A stretch of 60,834 nucleotides of DNA from an uncultured Gammaproteobacteria bacterium (lineage in GTDB: Bacteria > Pseudomonadota > Gammaproteobacteria > GCA-002705445 > GCA-002716945): the NCBI GenBank assembly GCA_913045115.1, contig CAJWPJ010000004.1:1-60834 (forward strand), given 5' to 3'. The notes beneath the pieces are model-generated. The model saw only the letters and a list, made by a program, of their open reading frames with translations. It made no database searches and was not told where the DNA came from. How positions within the stretch are numbered: the stretch's first letter is position 1; each line of letters starts with the position of its first letter. The position numbers and the translations under genes were made by a program. This document shows positions 22,677-31,315 of this stretch, piece after piece.

Positions 22677-23608
22677 TATCGTCCTGCATCTTTTCTATAT
22701 ATATCAAGTTTATTATTTTTTTTCGATAAATACGATGGAACAATCTCTTCGATAGTTGTTTTTCCTTTAAGTCCTGTAGTACTTATATTATCAATTTGAA
22801 GAGATTTAAAATTATCTATTGTAAAAATTTTTCCTGGGACAATATAGGTGAATGCAAAAGCCTGTAGGTAAGATAAAGTATAGTTTAGGGGTATAACCAT
22901 ACATTTTGTTTTAGTAATTGATAATATGTATTTTATAAGCTCTTTGAAGCTATAATTCTTTGGTCCGGTAATATCATTAGACTGATTATCATATTTATCA
23001 GTTAAAATAGACTCTTCAACAAAACTCGATAAATCTTTTACATAAATTGGTGAAAACATCGATTCGGGGCATGCCAAAGGAAAGATAGGAATATATTTGA
23101 GTAAATTGTTAAATCGATTAAAAAAACTATCTTTTTCACCGAAAACGATTGATGGCCTAAAGACAACAGTTTTAAATTTACCGTCATTATTTGATGATAT
23201 ATATTCATCTGCTTTACCTTTAGATTGTAAATATAGACTCGGACCTTTTTGATCAGCGTTCAATGCACTTAAGTGAACGAATTTTTCTACATTGTTCTCT
23301 CTGGACTTATTTACTAAGTTTTTTACAAAATTAAAATGAACATCCTCAAAAGTTGATTTACTGGATTCATTCAATATTCCAACTGTATTAATGACCACAT
23401 CTGTATCTTTTAAATATTTGGTATATGAACTAATGTTAGATGCATCGTATAAGAAGACATCCACGTTTTTTAAGACTTTAACATGCTTACATTCCTCTAT
23501 ATTACGAGATAGCACTCTAACTTCTTTGAAGTTTTCTGAAAGCTTATATACAAGTTCAGAGGCTATAAATCCTGAACCACCAAAGATAGTGAGGATTTTG
23601 TCTTTCAT
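22676..23608 (-). CDS. NAD(P)-binding SDR, NDUFA9-like (complex I NDUFA9 subunit family)
   Basis: Rossmann motif [11 protein letters not shown] and a YLQSK catalytic motif. I chose the ATG at 23608 (TAATG overlap with the upstream stop) rather than the ORF-track start at 23638. Confidence 0.7.
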   Translation of the reverse strand: MKDKILTIFGGSGFIASELVYKLSENFKEVRVLSRNIEECKHVKVLKNVDVFLYDASNISSYTKYLKDTDVVINTVGILNESSKSTFEDVHFNFVKNLVNKSRENNVEKFVHLSALNADQKGPSLYLQSKGKADEYISSNNDGKFKTVVFRPSIVFGEKDSFFNRFNNLLKYIPIFPLACPESMFSPIYVKDLSSFVEESILTDKYDNQSNDITGPKNYSFKELIKYILSITKTKCMVIPLNYTLSYLQAFAFTYIVPGKIFTIDNFKSLQIDNISTTGLKGKTTIEEIVPSYLSKKNNKLDIYRKDAGR

Positions 23609-24126
23609 TATTTTATGCAATGAGGTTTTATTTCCCAATTATTATCATTAATAAAAATTTGCATATAACATGGTCCGCCGTCATTATTTCTAGTATGTCC
23701 AGCTGCACCAGGATTTACTATCCAAGGTGTGCTACTTTGATCACACACTTGATTGTGTGTATGTCCATAAATAATTAATTTAGAATCTGGATATGCAGCT
23801 CTCAAATCCTCATGGGATGGGTGATGACCAAATCTATCTCCATGCTCGACAGTGATAGTCTCACTATTTATGGAAAACTGCTCTACTTTATTTAATTTTG
23901 ATATAATTTTTTTATCATCTTCGTCAGAATACCTCTCTGGGAGATCATTATTTCCAGCTACAGCTATAACTTTTTTAGAGTAAGTCTTCAGATTCCTTAT
24001 AATGTCTGTGCTCATGATATCCCCCGCATGTACGATCATATCTGAATCTTTTAAAAAAGGGATTATTTGTTCGTCTATGACTCCATGAGTATCAGAGATG
24101 ACGGTAATTTTTTTAACTGTATGCAT
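23608..24126 (-). CDS. YfcE/MJ0936-type metallophosphoesterase
   Basis: The calcineurin-like motifs ISDTHG, HAGD, GNND and GHTH are all present. 172 aa. Confidence 0.85.
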   Translation of the reverse strand: MHTVKKITVISDTHGVIDEQIIPFLKDSDMIVHAGDIMSTDIIRNLKTYSKKVIAVAGNNDLPERYSDEDDKKIISKLNKVEQFSINSETITVEHGDRFGHHPSHEDLRAAYPDSKLIIYGHTHNQVCDQSSTPWIVNPGAAGHTRNNDGGPCYMQIFINDNNWEIKPHCIK

Positions 24127-24129
24127 TAA

Positions 24130-24483
24130 TTAGAAGATGGTACATCCATATATCTTAACATCATCATCTTGAACACCTAAAACTAATCTTCCTAAGTATT
24201 CTCCAGGAACAGATTCACTAACCTGTTTAAAGACTACTGTTACGTAATCATCTCTTTTTAAACAGCCTAGAGCCTCAAAATCAGGAGACAATTTAGCAAG
24301 TATCGGGCTGTTTGCCCATTGTTTACCAAGTGTAACTTCATCGGCGCCCATGAGCATTTTCTTGGAGAAATTCTTGGTAAACCCGCCGTAGTCCTTGTTA
24401 TTGGAAGTTCTAATTAAGTCTTCCCACAGCGGGTTTGCAATATCAATAATCTCTTGATCAGTGAGCTCTAACAGCTTCGTCAT
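24130..24483 (-). CDS. Hypothetical protein tightly coupled to aprA
   Basis: 117-aa ORF (119 aa if the TTG at 24489 is used). The ATG lies 2 nt after the aprA TGA. No motif that I recognise, and no signal peptide or transmembrane segment. Confidence 0.6.
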   Translation of the reverse strand: MTKLLELTDQEIIDIANPLWEDLIRTSNNKDYGGFTKNFSKKMLMGADEVTLGKQWANSPILAKLSPDFEALGCLKRDDYVTVVFKQVSESVPGEYLGRLVLGVQDDDVKIYGCTIF

Positions 24484-24485
24484 TA

Positions 24486-26339
24486 TCAAGAAACTTTTTC
24501 TGTCTCTTCATCAACTATATGATATAGAGGTGCTTTTTCACAAGTGAATTTGCCTGTTTTAGGATCTCTTCTAGATACAGTTAAACAGTGCCAGTTATCA
24601 TCATCCAGTTTCAGAAAATCACCGCGATAATAGTAACCAGGCCAACGTGTTTCTTCACGGAATAATGTATGTTCACAAACACATTGAGAAACTAAAGTTC
24701 TATGTTTCAACTCCCAAGCTCTCATTAATTGATGGTAGTCCTCTGCTCCAATTTTCTCTAAGTCCTCAGTTAGTGTATCTAATAACTGAAGTCCTCTTTT
24801 GAGCATGTTCCCATTAGTCATATAGTTTGTTCCTATACCGCCCGCGTAATCATCCATAATCTTCTGTAATCTTTGAAGACCTTGTATTGGAAGTAGATAA
24901 CTTGGCGACACAGTACCAGCTGTAATCTCATTCCTGCCAACTGTATAATTCTCAAGAGGTTTGTAAACTTCCTCTTTATATTTTTCAATCTGACTGTCAG
25001 AAACTCTGATTCCAACCGCTTTTTGATCTTTAATATACTTAACAGCAGCTTTGGCACATAATCTACCTTCCGTGAATGAGCCTGAAGAGAATGCATGAGC
25101 TGTACCACCCGCCGCATCGCCAGCAGCAAATAGTCCATCAACTGTCATCATGCGGTTATATCCCCAGAAATATTCAGGCGGAGATAGGTCTTCTGGTCCA
25201 CTACACCACGCACCAGAGCAAGTGGCATGCGAACCCATTACGTATGGTTCTGATGTTGTTAGCTCGGGATTCTGATATTTAGGATCAATGTCCTGAGCAG
25301 CCCAAACAACTGCTTGACCAACTGTCATCCCTAAGAAGTTTTCCCAACCTATTTCCTCTAAATGAGGGTCTTGGAAAGCTTCCATGGTAACCATATGTAT
25401 TGGTCCACCGCCATGAATTGTCTCTTGGATGAAGGCATGATTTCTTAGACAAGTCGGTGTTGGAACGTGATCTAGATACTCTCCAACAATCGCTTTTGTA
25501 TTGTCATACCATTTTTTCTCATAGTTTTCGCCAGCTGCATTTTGTGTATATGTTTTAAGATGAAGGAAATATGCGCCTACTGGGCCATATCCATCTTTGA
25601 AACGCGTGAGTACAATTCTATTTTCCATTTGGGTCATTTTTGCACCAACTGCGATTGGTAATGCATATGCTGAGCCATTACTCCATGGTGCATACCAAGT
25701 ACGTCCCATACCTTCTCCAACGGATCTTGGCTTGAAGATATGTGATGCACCACCAGCTGCACAAACAACGGCTTTAGCACGGAATACATGGAACTCTCCT
25801 GTGCGCATGTTAAACCCACATGCTCCACCTATCCTATTTTCTTTTGCTTCATCCATTAGTAAGTGAGTAACCATTACACGGTTATAAATTTTATCAGCTG
25901 ACTTTTTAGCTGCTTCTGCAACTATAGGCTTATAACTCTCACCATGTATCATGATTTGCCATTTACCTTCCCTTTGATAACGGCCTGTTTCCTTATTTCT
26001 CATCAATGGTAGGCCCCACTCTTCAAACATGTGAACCGCGGAGTCAACATGTCGAGCCATATCATAAGCAAGATCTTCACGGACCATTCCCATTAAGTCA
26101 TTACGTGCATATCTGACATGATCTTCAGGAGCGTTTTCACCCCACTGCATGCCCATATAACAGTTAATTGCATAAAGACCTTGTGCAACAGCTCCACTTC
26201 TATCAATGTTGGCTTTCTCAGCAACGATGATTTTCATGTCTTTACCCCAATATCTTGCTTCAAATGCGGCACCGGTACCGGCCATTCCTCCGCCTACGAC
26301 AAGAATATCGCAATCTTCATAATGTGTTTTTCTAGCCAT
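24486..26339 (-). CDS. aprA: Adenylylsulfate (APS) reductase alpha subunit
   Basis: FAD motif DILVVGGGMAGTGAA and an overall AprA-like sequence. 617 aa. TAATG overlap with aprB. Confidence 0.95.
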   Translation of the reverse strand: MARKTHYEDCDILVVGGGMAGTGAAFEARYWGKDMKIIVAEKANIDRSGAVAQGLYAINCYMGMQWGENAPEDHVRYARNDLMGMVREDLAYDMARHVDSAVHMFEEWGLPLMRNKETGRYQREGKWQIMIHGESYKPIVAEAAKKSADKIYNRVMVTHLLMDEAKENRIGGACGFNMRTGEFHVFRAKAVVCAAGGASHIFKPRSVGEGMGRTWYAPWSNGSAYALPIAVGAKMTQMENRIVLTRFKDGYGPVGAYFLHLKTYTQNAAGENYEKKWYDNTKAIVGEYLDHVPTPTCLRNHAFIQETIHGGGPIHMVTMEAFQDPHLEEIGWENFLGMTVGQAVVWAAQDIDPKYQNPELTTSEPYVMGSHATCSGAWCSGPEDLSPPEYFWGYNRMMTVDGLFAAGDAAGGTAHAFSSGSFTEGRLCAKAAVKYIKDQKAVGIRVSDSQIEKYKEEVYKPLENYTVGRNEITAGTVSPSYLLPIQGLQRLQKIMDDYAGGIGTNYMTNGNMLKRGLQLLDTLTEDLEKIGAEDYHQLMRAWELKHRTLVSQCVCEHTLFREETRWPGYYYRGDFLKLDDDNWHCLTVSRRDPKTGKFTCEKAPLYHIVDEETEKVS

Positions 26340-26830
26340 TAGTAGTAAACTCCCTGTTTCAATTTACCGATTTTTGTCATCTCCGGTAAACCATCGTTTG
26401 CTGTTTGAACTTCTCCTGTTTTGAGGTATTTAGGCTCATTATAAAGTAGCTCGCCATCGTAAACATCTTTAGATGGTGCTGGCTCTGTTGCTAGCTCAGG
26501 AATATATTCTCCCCATGGTTTGGTTGTGATAGGTGAGCAGAAATTCTTCTCAGTACCATTTCTGAATTTAATTTTCCATGAAATAGTTCCCTTTTCTTCT
26601 TCTCTAAGCGCTCTGACACTGTGCCCCAAAGGCGAGAAGTCTGCGTAACCTCGAGCATCAATAGCATTTTGATCACATGCTTTAACGCATGAATAGCATT
26701 CCCAACACATATTAGGCTCAATATTCACAGCACGTCTTAGTGTTTTATCTATATGCATAATATCTGATGGACAGATATCTACACACATTCCACAACCATC
26801 ACATCTGGTCATATATACAAAAGTTGACAT
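26339..26830 (-). CDS. aprB: Adenylylsulfate reductase beta subunit (2x[4Fe-4S])
   Basis: CDGCGMCVDICP and CWECYSCVKAC ferredoxin motifs plus the AprB C-terminal tail. 163 aa. Confidence 0.95.
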   Translation of the reverse strand: MSTFVYMTRCDGCGMCVDICPSDIMHIDKTLRRAVNIEPNMCWECYSCVKACDQNAIDARGYADFSPLGHSVRALREEEKGTISWKIKFRNGTEKNFCSPITTKPWGEYIPELATEPAPSKDVYDGELLYNEPKYLKTGEVQTANDGLPEMTKIGKLKQGVYY

Positions 26831-26859
26831 AATCTTATCTCCTTATTTCCATATAGTTA

Positions 26860-27651
26860 TTAATAATTCTTTGGTGACTCGCGTCTAATTCCTAATCCAA
26901 ACTGCTTTGGTTTATCCGCCGGCTCAGGTAGATTGCTGTTAGAACCATCAGCTTTGGCAAGATGTTTTTGTATTGCAGCACCAGGTTTGTAAAACATGTG
27001 TGCAAATTTTGACCAATACACGCCTCCAAACAAAACTACGTTTGAGACGATAAACAGTAATAGGAATAGACCACTAAATATAGATCCTGAACTTTGAGTT
27101 ATTGACCATAGTAGTGCAGTTGATTGGGAAGCTAGAAGTGCCAATACAAATAAATCTGCAAACATAACGTGATACCATGGATGTCCCTCCGCAGAGACAT
27201 TTACCCTGATTGAAAACCAGAACCAAAAACCACCAATACATGTCATTAAAGCGCCAATATGCCATAACATGGGTAGCATTGCTGGAGCTGCTGATGAAGG
27301 TGTAGAATAACTGAATATTAACATTGCTGACGTAACCCAAAATATTATAGTTCCGTACATTCCTAACAAATGAGCTGCACGTCTTTGGAAAGTACAAAAT
27401 TCTGATGAAGTCATAATGTCAGATGCAACAGTTTTTGCGATTATTGATACCTTCTCACCCGAGGATAATTCTCTCGTTGCGGCCTGTTTAGCTTTTTTCG
27501 CGTTTTCGAAAAAGTATTTTACGTTCTTTTTGTGCATCATATCGAGCACTACCCCTCCTATTACTAATAGAACCATTGCAATCAAGAACGCTTGCATTGC
27601 AAATGAAGGTATAGTCGCTCCTAAATCTGAAAATGGATTGTAAGCTAGCAT
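26860..27651 (-). CDS. aprM: APS reductase membrane anchor AprM
   Basis: 263-aa polytopic membrane protein encoded 29 nt upstream of aprB with an AAGGAGA Shine-Dalgarno sequence between. Position and topology fit AprM of sulfur-oxidising gammaproteobacteria. Confidence 0.7.
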   Translation of the reverse strand: MLAYNPFSDLGATIPSFAMQAFLIAMVLLVIGGVVLDMMHKKNVKYFFENAKKAKQAATRELSSGEKVSIIAKTVASDIMTSSEFCTFQRRAAHLLGMYGTIIFWVTSAMLIFSYSTPSSAAPAMLPMLWHIGALMTCIGGFWFWFSIRVNVSAEGHPWYHVMFADLFVLALLASQSTALLWSITQSSGSIFSGLFLLLFIVSNVVLFGGVYWSKFAHMFYKPGAAIQKHLAKADGSNSNLPEPADKPKQFGLGIRRESPKNY

Positions 27652-27764
27652 GTTTTCTCCCTATCTTAATATTTTGCAGCTTATGAATTACTGCTCGATG
27701 AACATTATAGCCAAAATTAAGAATATTAGGAATTAATTATTTACTTAATTTTACTTATTTCTCC

Positions 27765-27781
27765 ACCCTATTTTATAGGGT
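27765..27781. other. Hairpin between sat and aprM (T-tract only on the plus strand)
   Basis: ACCCTAT-TTT-ATAGGGT stem-loop flanked by TTTTTG on the plus strand. On the coding (minus) strand it is preceded by CAAAAA and followed by GGAGAAA. Confidence 0.4.
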
Positions 27782-27786
27782 TTTTG

Positions 27787-28989
27787 TTAGCATTTCCCCT
27801 GGTAATATGCCATCAAAATCTCAGCGACTTCTTTTCTAGCGAATTCAGGAGGTAAATCCTGGCCTGCAGCTAACATTTCCCTTACTTTAGTCCCAGAGAG
27901 TAAGACAAAATCATCTTTAGAATGATCTTCAGCATCTCTCATCATTACGACTTTATTTAACTTTCTTGAATACGCAGTGTGATCAGCTTTGAATATCTCA
28001 ATTTTTAATGAATCTTTGACGACGTCAAGTTCAAAGATCTCTTGTGCTTCAAATGGTTCATAATAATCTCCTACGCCTGCATGATCGCGACCCACTATCA
28101 AGTGTGTGCATCCAGCATTTTGTCTGAAAACTGCATGAAGTAGTGCTTCACGTGGACCTGCATACATCATGTCAAAACCGAATCCTGAAATAATTGCTGT
28201 GTTTTCTGGAAAATAGATTTCTACCATTTTTCTTATAGCGGCGTCTCTCACGTCTCCAGGAATATCTCCCTCTTTGAGTTTACCTAAAAGCATATGTATC
28301 AAAACACCATCGGCACTCAATCTGTCATAAGCCATCTTACAAAGTTCTTCATGCGCTCTGTGCATTGGGTTTCTTGTCTGAAAGGCGACAGTTTTAGACC
28401 AACCTGCCTCAGTCAACATTTGTCTAATTTGAGGTGCTGTTGCAAATGTTTCAGGGAAATCTCCAGGAAAATAACTATAATTCAAAACTTCAATGGACCC
28501 TGAAATAATATATTTACCTTGATCTTTAAAGTTTTTGACACCTGGATGATTGGCATCAGTAGTGCCAAATACATTTTTCACAATAGTTTCAATATCATCG
28601 TCACTTAACTTTTCAACATTATCAATTCTTTGAATAGCAATTACAGGATTATCCTCAATGTTTGGATCTTTAAGTGCAATTTCTTCGCCATGTGTGTAGT
28701 CAAGTGAGTTAGCATCTTTGGTTATGTTTACAATTGGCACTGGCCAAAATACATCATCGAGTGTCAACATCTCTTTTGAGACTTTAATAGCTTCCTCTTT
28801 ATTCATAAAACCGGTAAGTGGATTGAAGTACCCAGCAGCCATCATTACAGCATTCGCTGCGGCTGCAGAACTTATTTCAAGGCTGCGCATTTCTGCCGCT
28901 GCAGATAACATCGATGATCTGGCCATTTCATCTTCAATATATAATGTATTTAATTCGTTTGAGCCATGAGGCAAGATCAGATTTGTCAT
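27787..28989 (-). CDS. sat: Sulfate adenylyltransferase (ATP sulfurylase), dissimilatory type
   Basis: QTRNPMHRAHEEL and VGRDHAGVG motifs. 400 aa. Adjacent to aprMBA. Confidence 0.93.
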   Translation of the reverse strand: MTNLILPHGSNELNTLYIEDEMARSSMLSAAAEMRSLEISSAAAANAVMMAAGYFNPLTGFMNKEEAIKVSKEMLTLDDVFWPVPIVNITKDANSLDYTHGEEIALKDPNIEDNPVIAIQRIDNVEKLSDDDIETIVKNVFGTTDANHPGVKNFKDQGKYIISGSIEVLNYSYFPGDFPETFATAPQIRQMLTEAGWSKTVAFQTRNPMHRAHEELCKMAYDRLSADGVLIHMLLGKLKEGDIPGDVRDAAIRKMVEIYFPENTAIISGFGFDMMYAGPREALLHAVFRQNAGCTHLIVGRDHAGVGDYYEPFEAQEIFELDVVKDSLKIEIFKADHTAYSRKLNKVVMMRDAEDHSKDDFVLLSGTKVREMLAAGQDLPPEFARKEVAEILMAYYQGKC

Positions 28990-29036
28990 TTTAATTCACC
29001 TTACTTTGTTTTTTTAATTATTGATGTGATTGGGAG

Positions 29037-29065
29037 ATAATATAATGCATTGAGAGAAATATCAA
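29037..29065 (-). promoter_or_regulatory. Candidate sigma-70 promoter for sat
   Basis: The minus strand reads TTGATA (29060-29065), 17 nt, then TATTAT (29037-29042). AAGGTGA Shine-Dalgarno sequence ahead of the ATG. AT-rich context means many near-matches occur by chance. Confidence 0.3.
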
Positions 29066-29145
29066 AGAGGAAATTATCTACTCAACACTACATTATTGGG
29101 TCATGTTAATTTAAACGTTTTACAGAATAATTAAGTATACTGAGT

Positions 29146-29583
29146 CTAACTATTAACAACCTCAGTATTAGTTACATCAATAATCTTGATCTTATATCGT
29201 AGATCTTTACCAGCAAAAAGATGATTACCATCAAAGGTTATCTTTGTGTTATCTAGTTTTGTTACTGTAAACTTTCTTTTTATACCTTTGTCATTTGCAA
29301 AGTCAATTTGGATACCTACTCTTCTGTATTCTTCAGGGACATTCTCAAGTGAATCTTCAAAAATTAATCCCTCATCAACATTTCCAAAGCCAAATTCAGG
29401 ACTAACTTCGATTGAAATCTCACTATTTTTCTCTTTTCCTGATAAAGCTTTTTCCACAATAGGTAGAAGATTAGTTTCTTTCCCATAAATAAAGCTAACG
29501 GGTGTATTGACGTCCTCTAATAAATTATCTCCTTCATATATTGAATATGTCATACTGACTAGCTTTCCGTTTGAGATTTTCAT
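29146..29583 (-). CDS. FKBP-type peptidyl-prolyl cis-trans isomerase (SlyD/FkpB type, no His-rich tail)
   Basis: 145 aa. ITFDGNHLFAGKDLRYKIKIIDV matches the C-terminal SlyD/FkpB FKBP motif (D-x-NHPLAG), and an inserted flap region is present. Confidence 0.8.
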   Translation of the reverse strand: MKISNGKLVSMTYSIYEGDNLLEDVNTPVSFIYGKETNLLPIVEKALSGKEKNSEISIEVSPEFGFGNVDEGLIFEDSLENVPEEYRRVGIQIDFANDKGIKRKFTVTKLDNTKITFDGNHLFAGKDLRYKIKIIDVTNTEVVNS

Positions 29584-29631
29584 ATTGGGACATAATATCA
29601 GAAAATATTTAGTTGTTGTCTAAAGAATGTC

Positions 29632-29660
29632 TTGACATAAATAACAAACTATTTAATCAT
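29632..29660 (+). promoter_or_regulatory. Candidate sigma-70 promoter for trxA-rho
   Basis: TTGACA (29632-29637), 17 nt, then AATCAT (29655-29660). Followed by the direct repeat AAAGTTAC at 29661 and 29671. Confidence 0.3.
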
Positions 29661-29731
29661 AAAGTTACTCAAAGTTACAAATCAAACCGTAAACAATCAA
29701 CTACCAGATTTTTTTTTAATGGAGACTTTAT

Positions 29732-30055
29732 ATGAGTAATGCAATAGATATCAGTGATGATAACTTCGATTCTGAAGTTTTAGAATCAGATAAACCTGTT
29801 CTTATAGATTTTTGGGCAGAATGGTGTGGTCCGTGCAAGGTGCTTGGTCCAGTTATTGACGAGGTTGCTGTTGATTACTCTGATAAAGTTAAATTTGTGA
29901 AACTAAACATTGATCATAATCCGAGCAATACACAAAAATATGGGATCAGAGGAATTCCAACACTGATATTATTTAAAAATGGTGAAAAAGCAGATACAAG
30001 CGTTGGTGTGTTATCAAAAAGTGAACTTTCCAGTTTTCTGGATAAAAACTTATAA
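29732..30055 (+). CDS. trxA: Thioredoxin
   Basis: WAEWCGPCK active site. 107 aa. Confidence 0.97.
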   Translation: MSNAIDISDDNFDSEVLESDKPVLIDFWAEWCGPCKVLGPVIDEVAVDYSDKVKFVKLNIDHNPSNTQKYGIRGIPTLILFKNGEKADTSVGVLSKSELSSFLDKNL

Positions 30056-30057
30056 TT

Positions 30058-31314
30058 ATGAATCTATCTGAACTAAAACAAAAACCGGTTCAAGAGCTTG
30101 TTGAAATTGCTGAAGGAATGGGTGCAGATAACGTTGGTAGACTGCGTAAACAAGATGTAATTTTTACTATCCTAAAGAATCACTCTTCGAGTGGAGAGGA
30201 TATTTCAGGTGGAGGAGTGTTAGAAATACTTCAAGATGGATTCGGTTTTCTTAGATCAGCTGATAGCTCATATTTAGCAGGTCCTGATGATATTTATGTA
30301 TCACCCAGTCAAATAAGAAAATTCTCTCTTAGAACTGGAGATACAATCCAAGGAAAGATAAGACCTCCTAAAGAGAGTGAAAGGTATTTTGCGCTTCTTA
30401 AAATTGATAGTATTAATTCAGATACATCATCAAGTACAAAAAACAAAATATTATTCGAAAATTTAACACCACTACATGCGAACAAAAGATTAAGGCTTGA
30501 GCAGGGTAATGGAAGTTCCGAAGACATATCGGCAAGACTAATCGACATAGCCTCTCCAATCGGCAAGGGACAAAGGGGTCTTGTTATATCACCTCCCAAA
30601 GCTGGAAAAACTATTATGTTGCAAAACATTGCTCAGAGCTTGACCTCTAGCAATCCTGATGCGCATTTAATTGTCTTGTTAATTGACGAGAGACCTGAAG
30701 AAGTGACAGAAATGTCACGAATGGTCAAAGGCGAGGTTGTTGCGAGTACATTTGATGAGCCTGCAAATAGACATGTTCAAGTTGCAGAAATGGTTATAGA
30801 GAAAGCAAAAAGACTTGTAGAACATAAAAAAGACGTTATTATTTTGCTTGATTCGATAACACGTCTTGCTCGTGCTTATAACACTATTGCACCTTCGTCT
30901 GGGAAAGTTTTAACAGGTGGTGTTGATGCTAATGCTTTAACAAAACCAAAGAAGTTTTATGGTGCTGCAAGAAACATAGAAGAAGGTGGTAGTCTTACAA
31001 TTCTTGCGACAGCTCTTATAGACACAGGTTCAAAAATGGATGAAGTTATTTACGAGGAATTTAAGGGCACAGGTAATATGGAGGTTCACTTAGATAGAAG
31101 AATAGCTGAAAAGAGAATTTATCCAGCTATAAATATAAATAGATCTGGTACTAGAAGAGAAGAACTTCTAATGGAACCTGATGAATTACAAAAAATCTGG
31201 ATTCTGAGAAAAGTACTTCACTCTATGGACGAGCTTGATGCTATGGAGTTTATGCTAAACAAACTTAAATCTACAAAAACTAACTCAGAATTTTTTGAAT
31301 CAATGAAAAGATAA
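30058..31314 (+). CDS. rho: Transcription termination factor Rho
   Basis: MNLSELK...GFGFLR N-terminal domain and P-loop PPKAGKT. 418 aa. Confidence 0.98.
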   Translation: MNLSELKQKPVQELVEIAEGMGADNVGRLRKQDVIFTILKNHSSSGEDISGGGVLEILQDGFGFLRSADSSYLAGPDDIYVSPSQIRKFSLRTGDTIQGKIRPPKESERYFALLKIDSINSDTSSSTKNKILFENLTPLHANKRLRLEQGNGSSEDISARLIDIASPIGKGQRGLVISPPKAGKTIMLQNIAQSLTSSNPDAHLIVLLIDERPEEVTEMSRMVKGEVVASTFDEPANRHVQVAEMVIEKAKRLVEHKKDVIILLDSITRLARAYNTIAPSSGKVLTGGVDANALTKPKKFYGAARNIEEGGSLTILATALIDTGSKMDEVIYEEFKGTGNMEVHLDRRIAEKRIYPAININRSGTRREELLMEPDELQKIWILRKVLHSMDELDAMEFMLNKLKSTKTNSEFFESMKR

Positions 31315-31315
31315 G

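Noticed and set aside
24833-27397. Same-strand alternative-frame ORFs inside aprA (102 aa, 64 aa), aprB (76 aa) and aprM (107 aa)
   Set aside because: These genes are visibly less AT-rich than their surroundings, so off-frame stops are rarer. Nothing suggests overlapping coding.
24486-28989. Higher G+C of the sat/apr genes as evidence for a recently acquired island
   Set aside because: By eye the same GC elevation is seen in groEL, coxA and other highly conserved genes here. There are no flanking repeats, tRNA, integrase or IS elements. Composition alone cannot support horizontal transfer, and I could not compute it properly.
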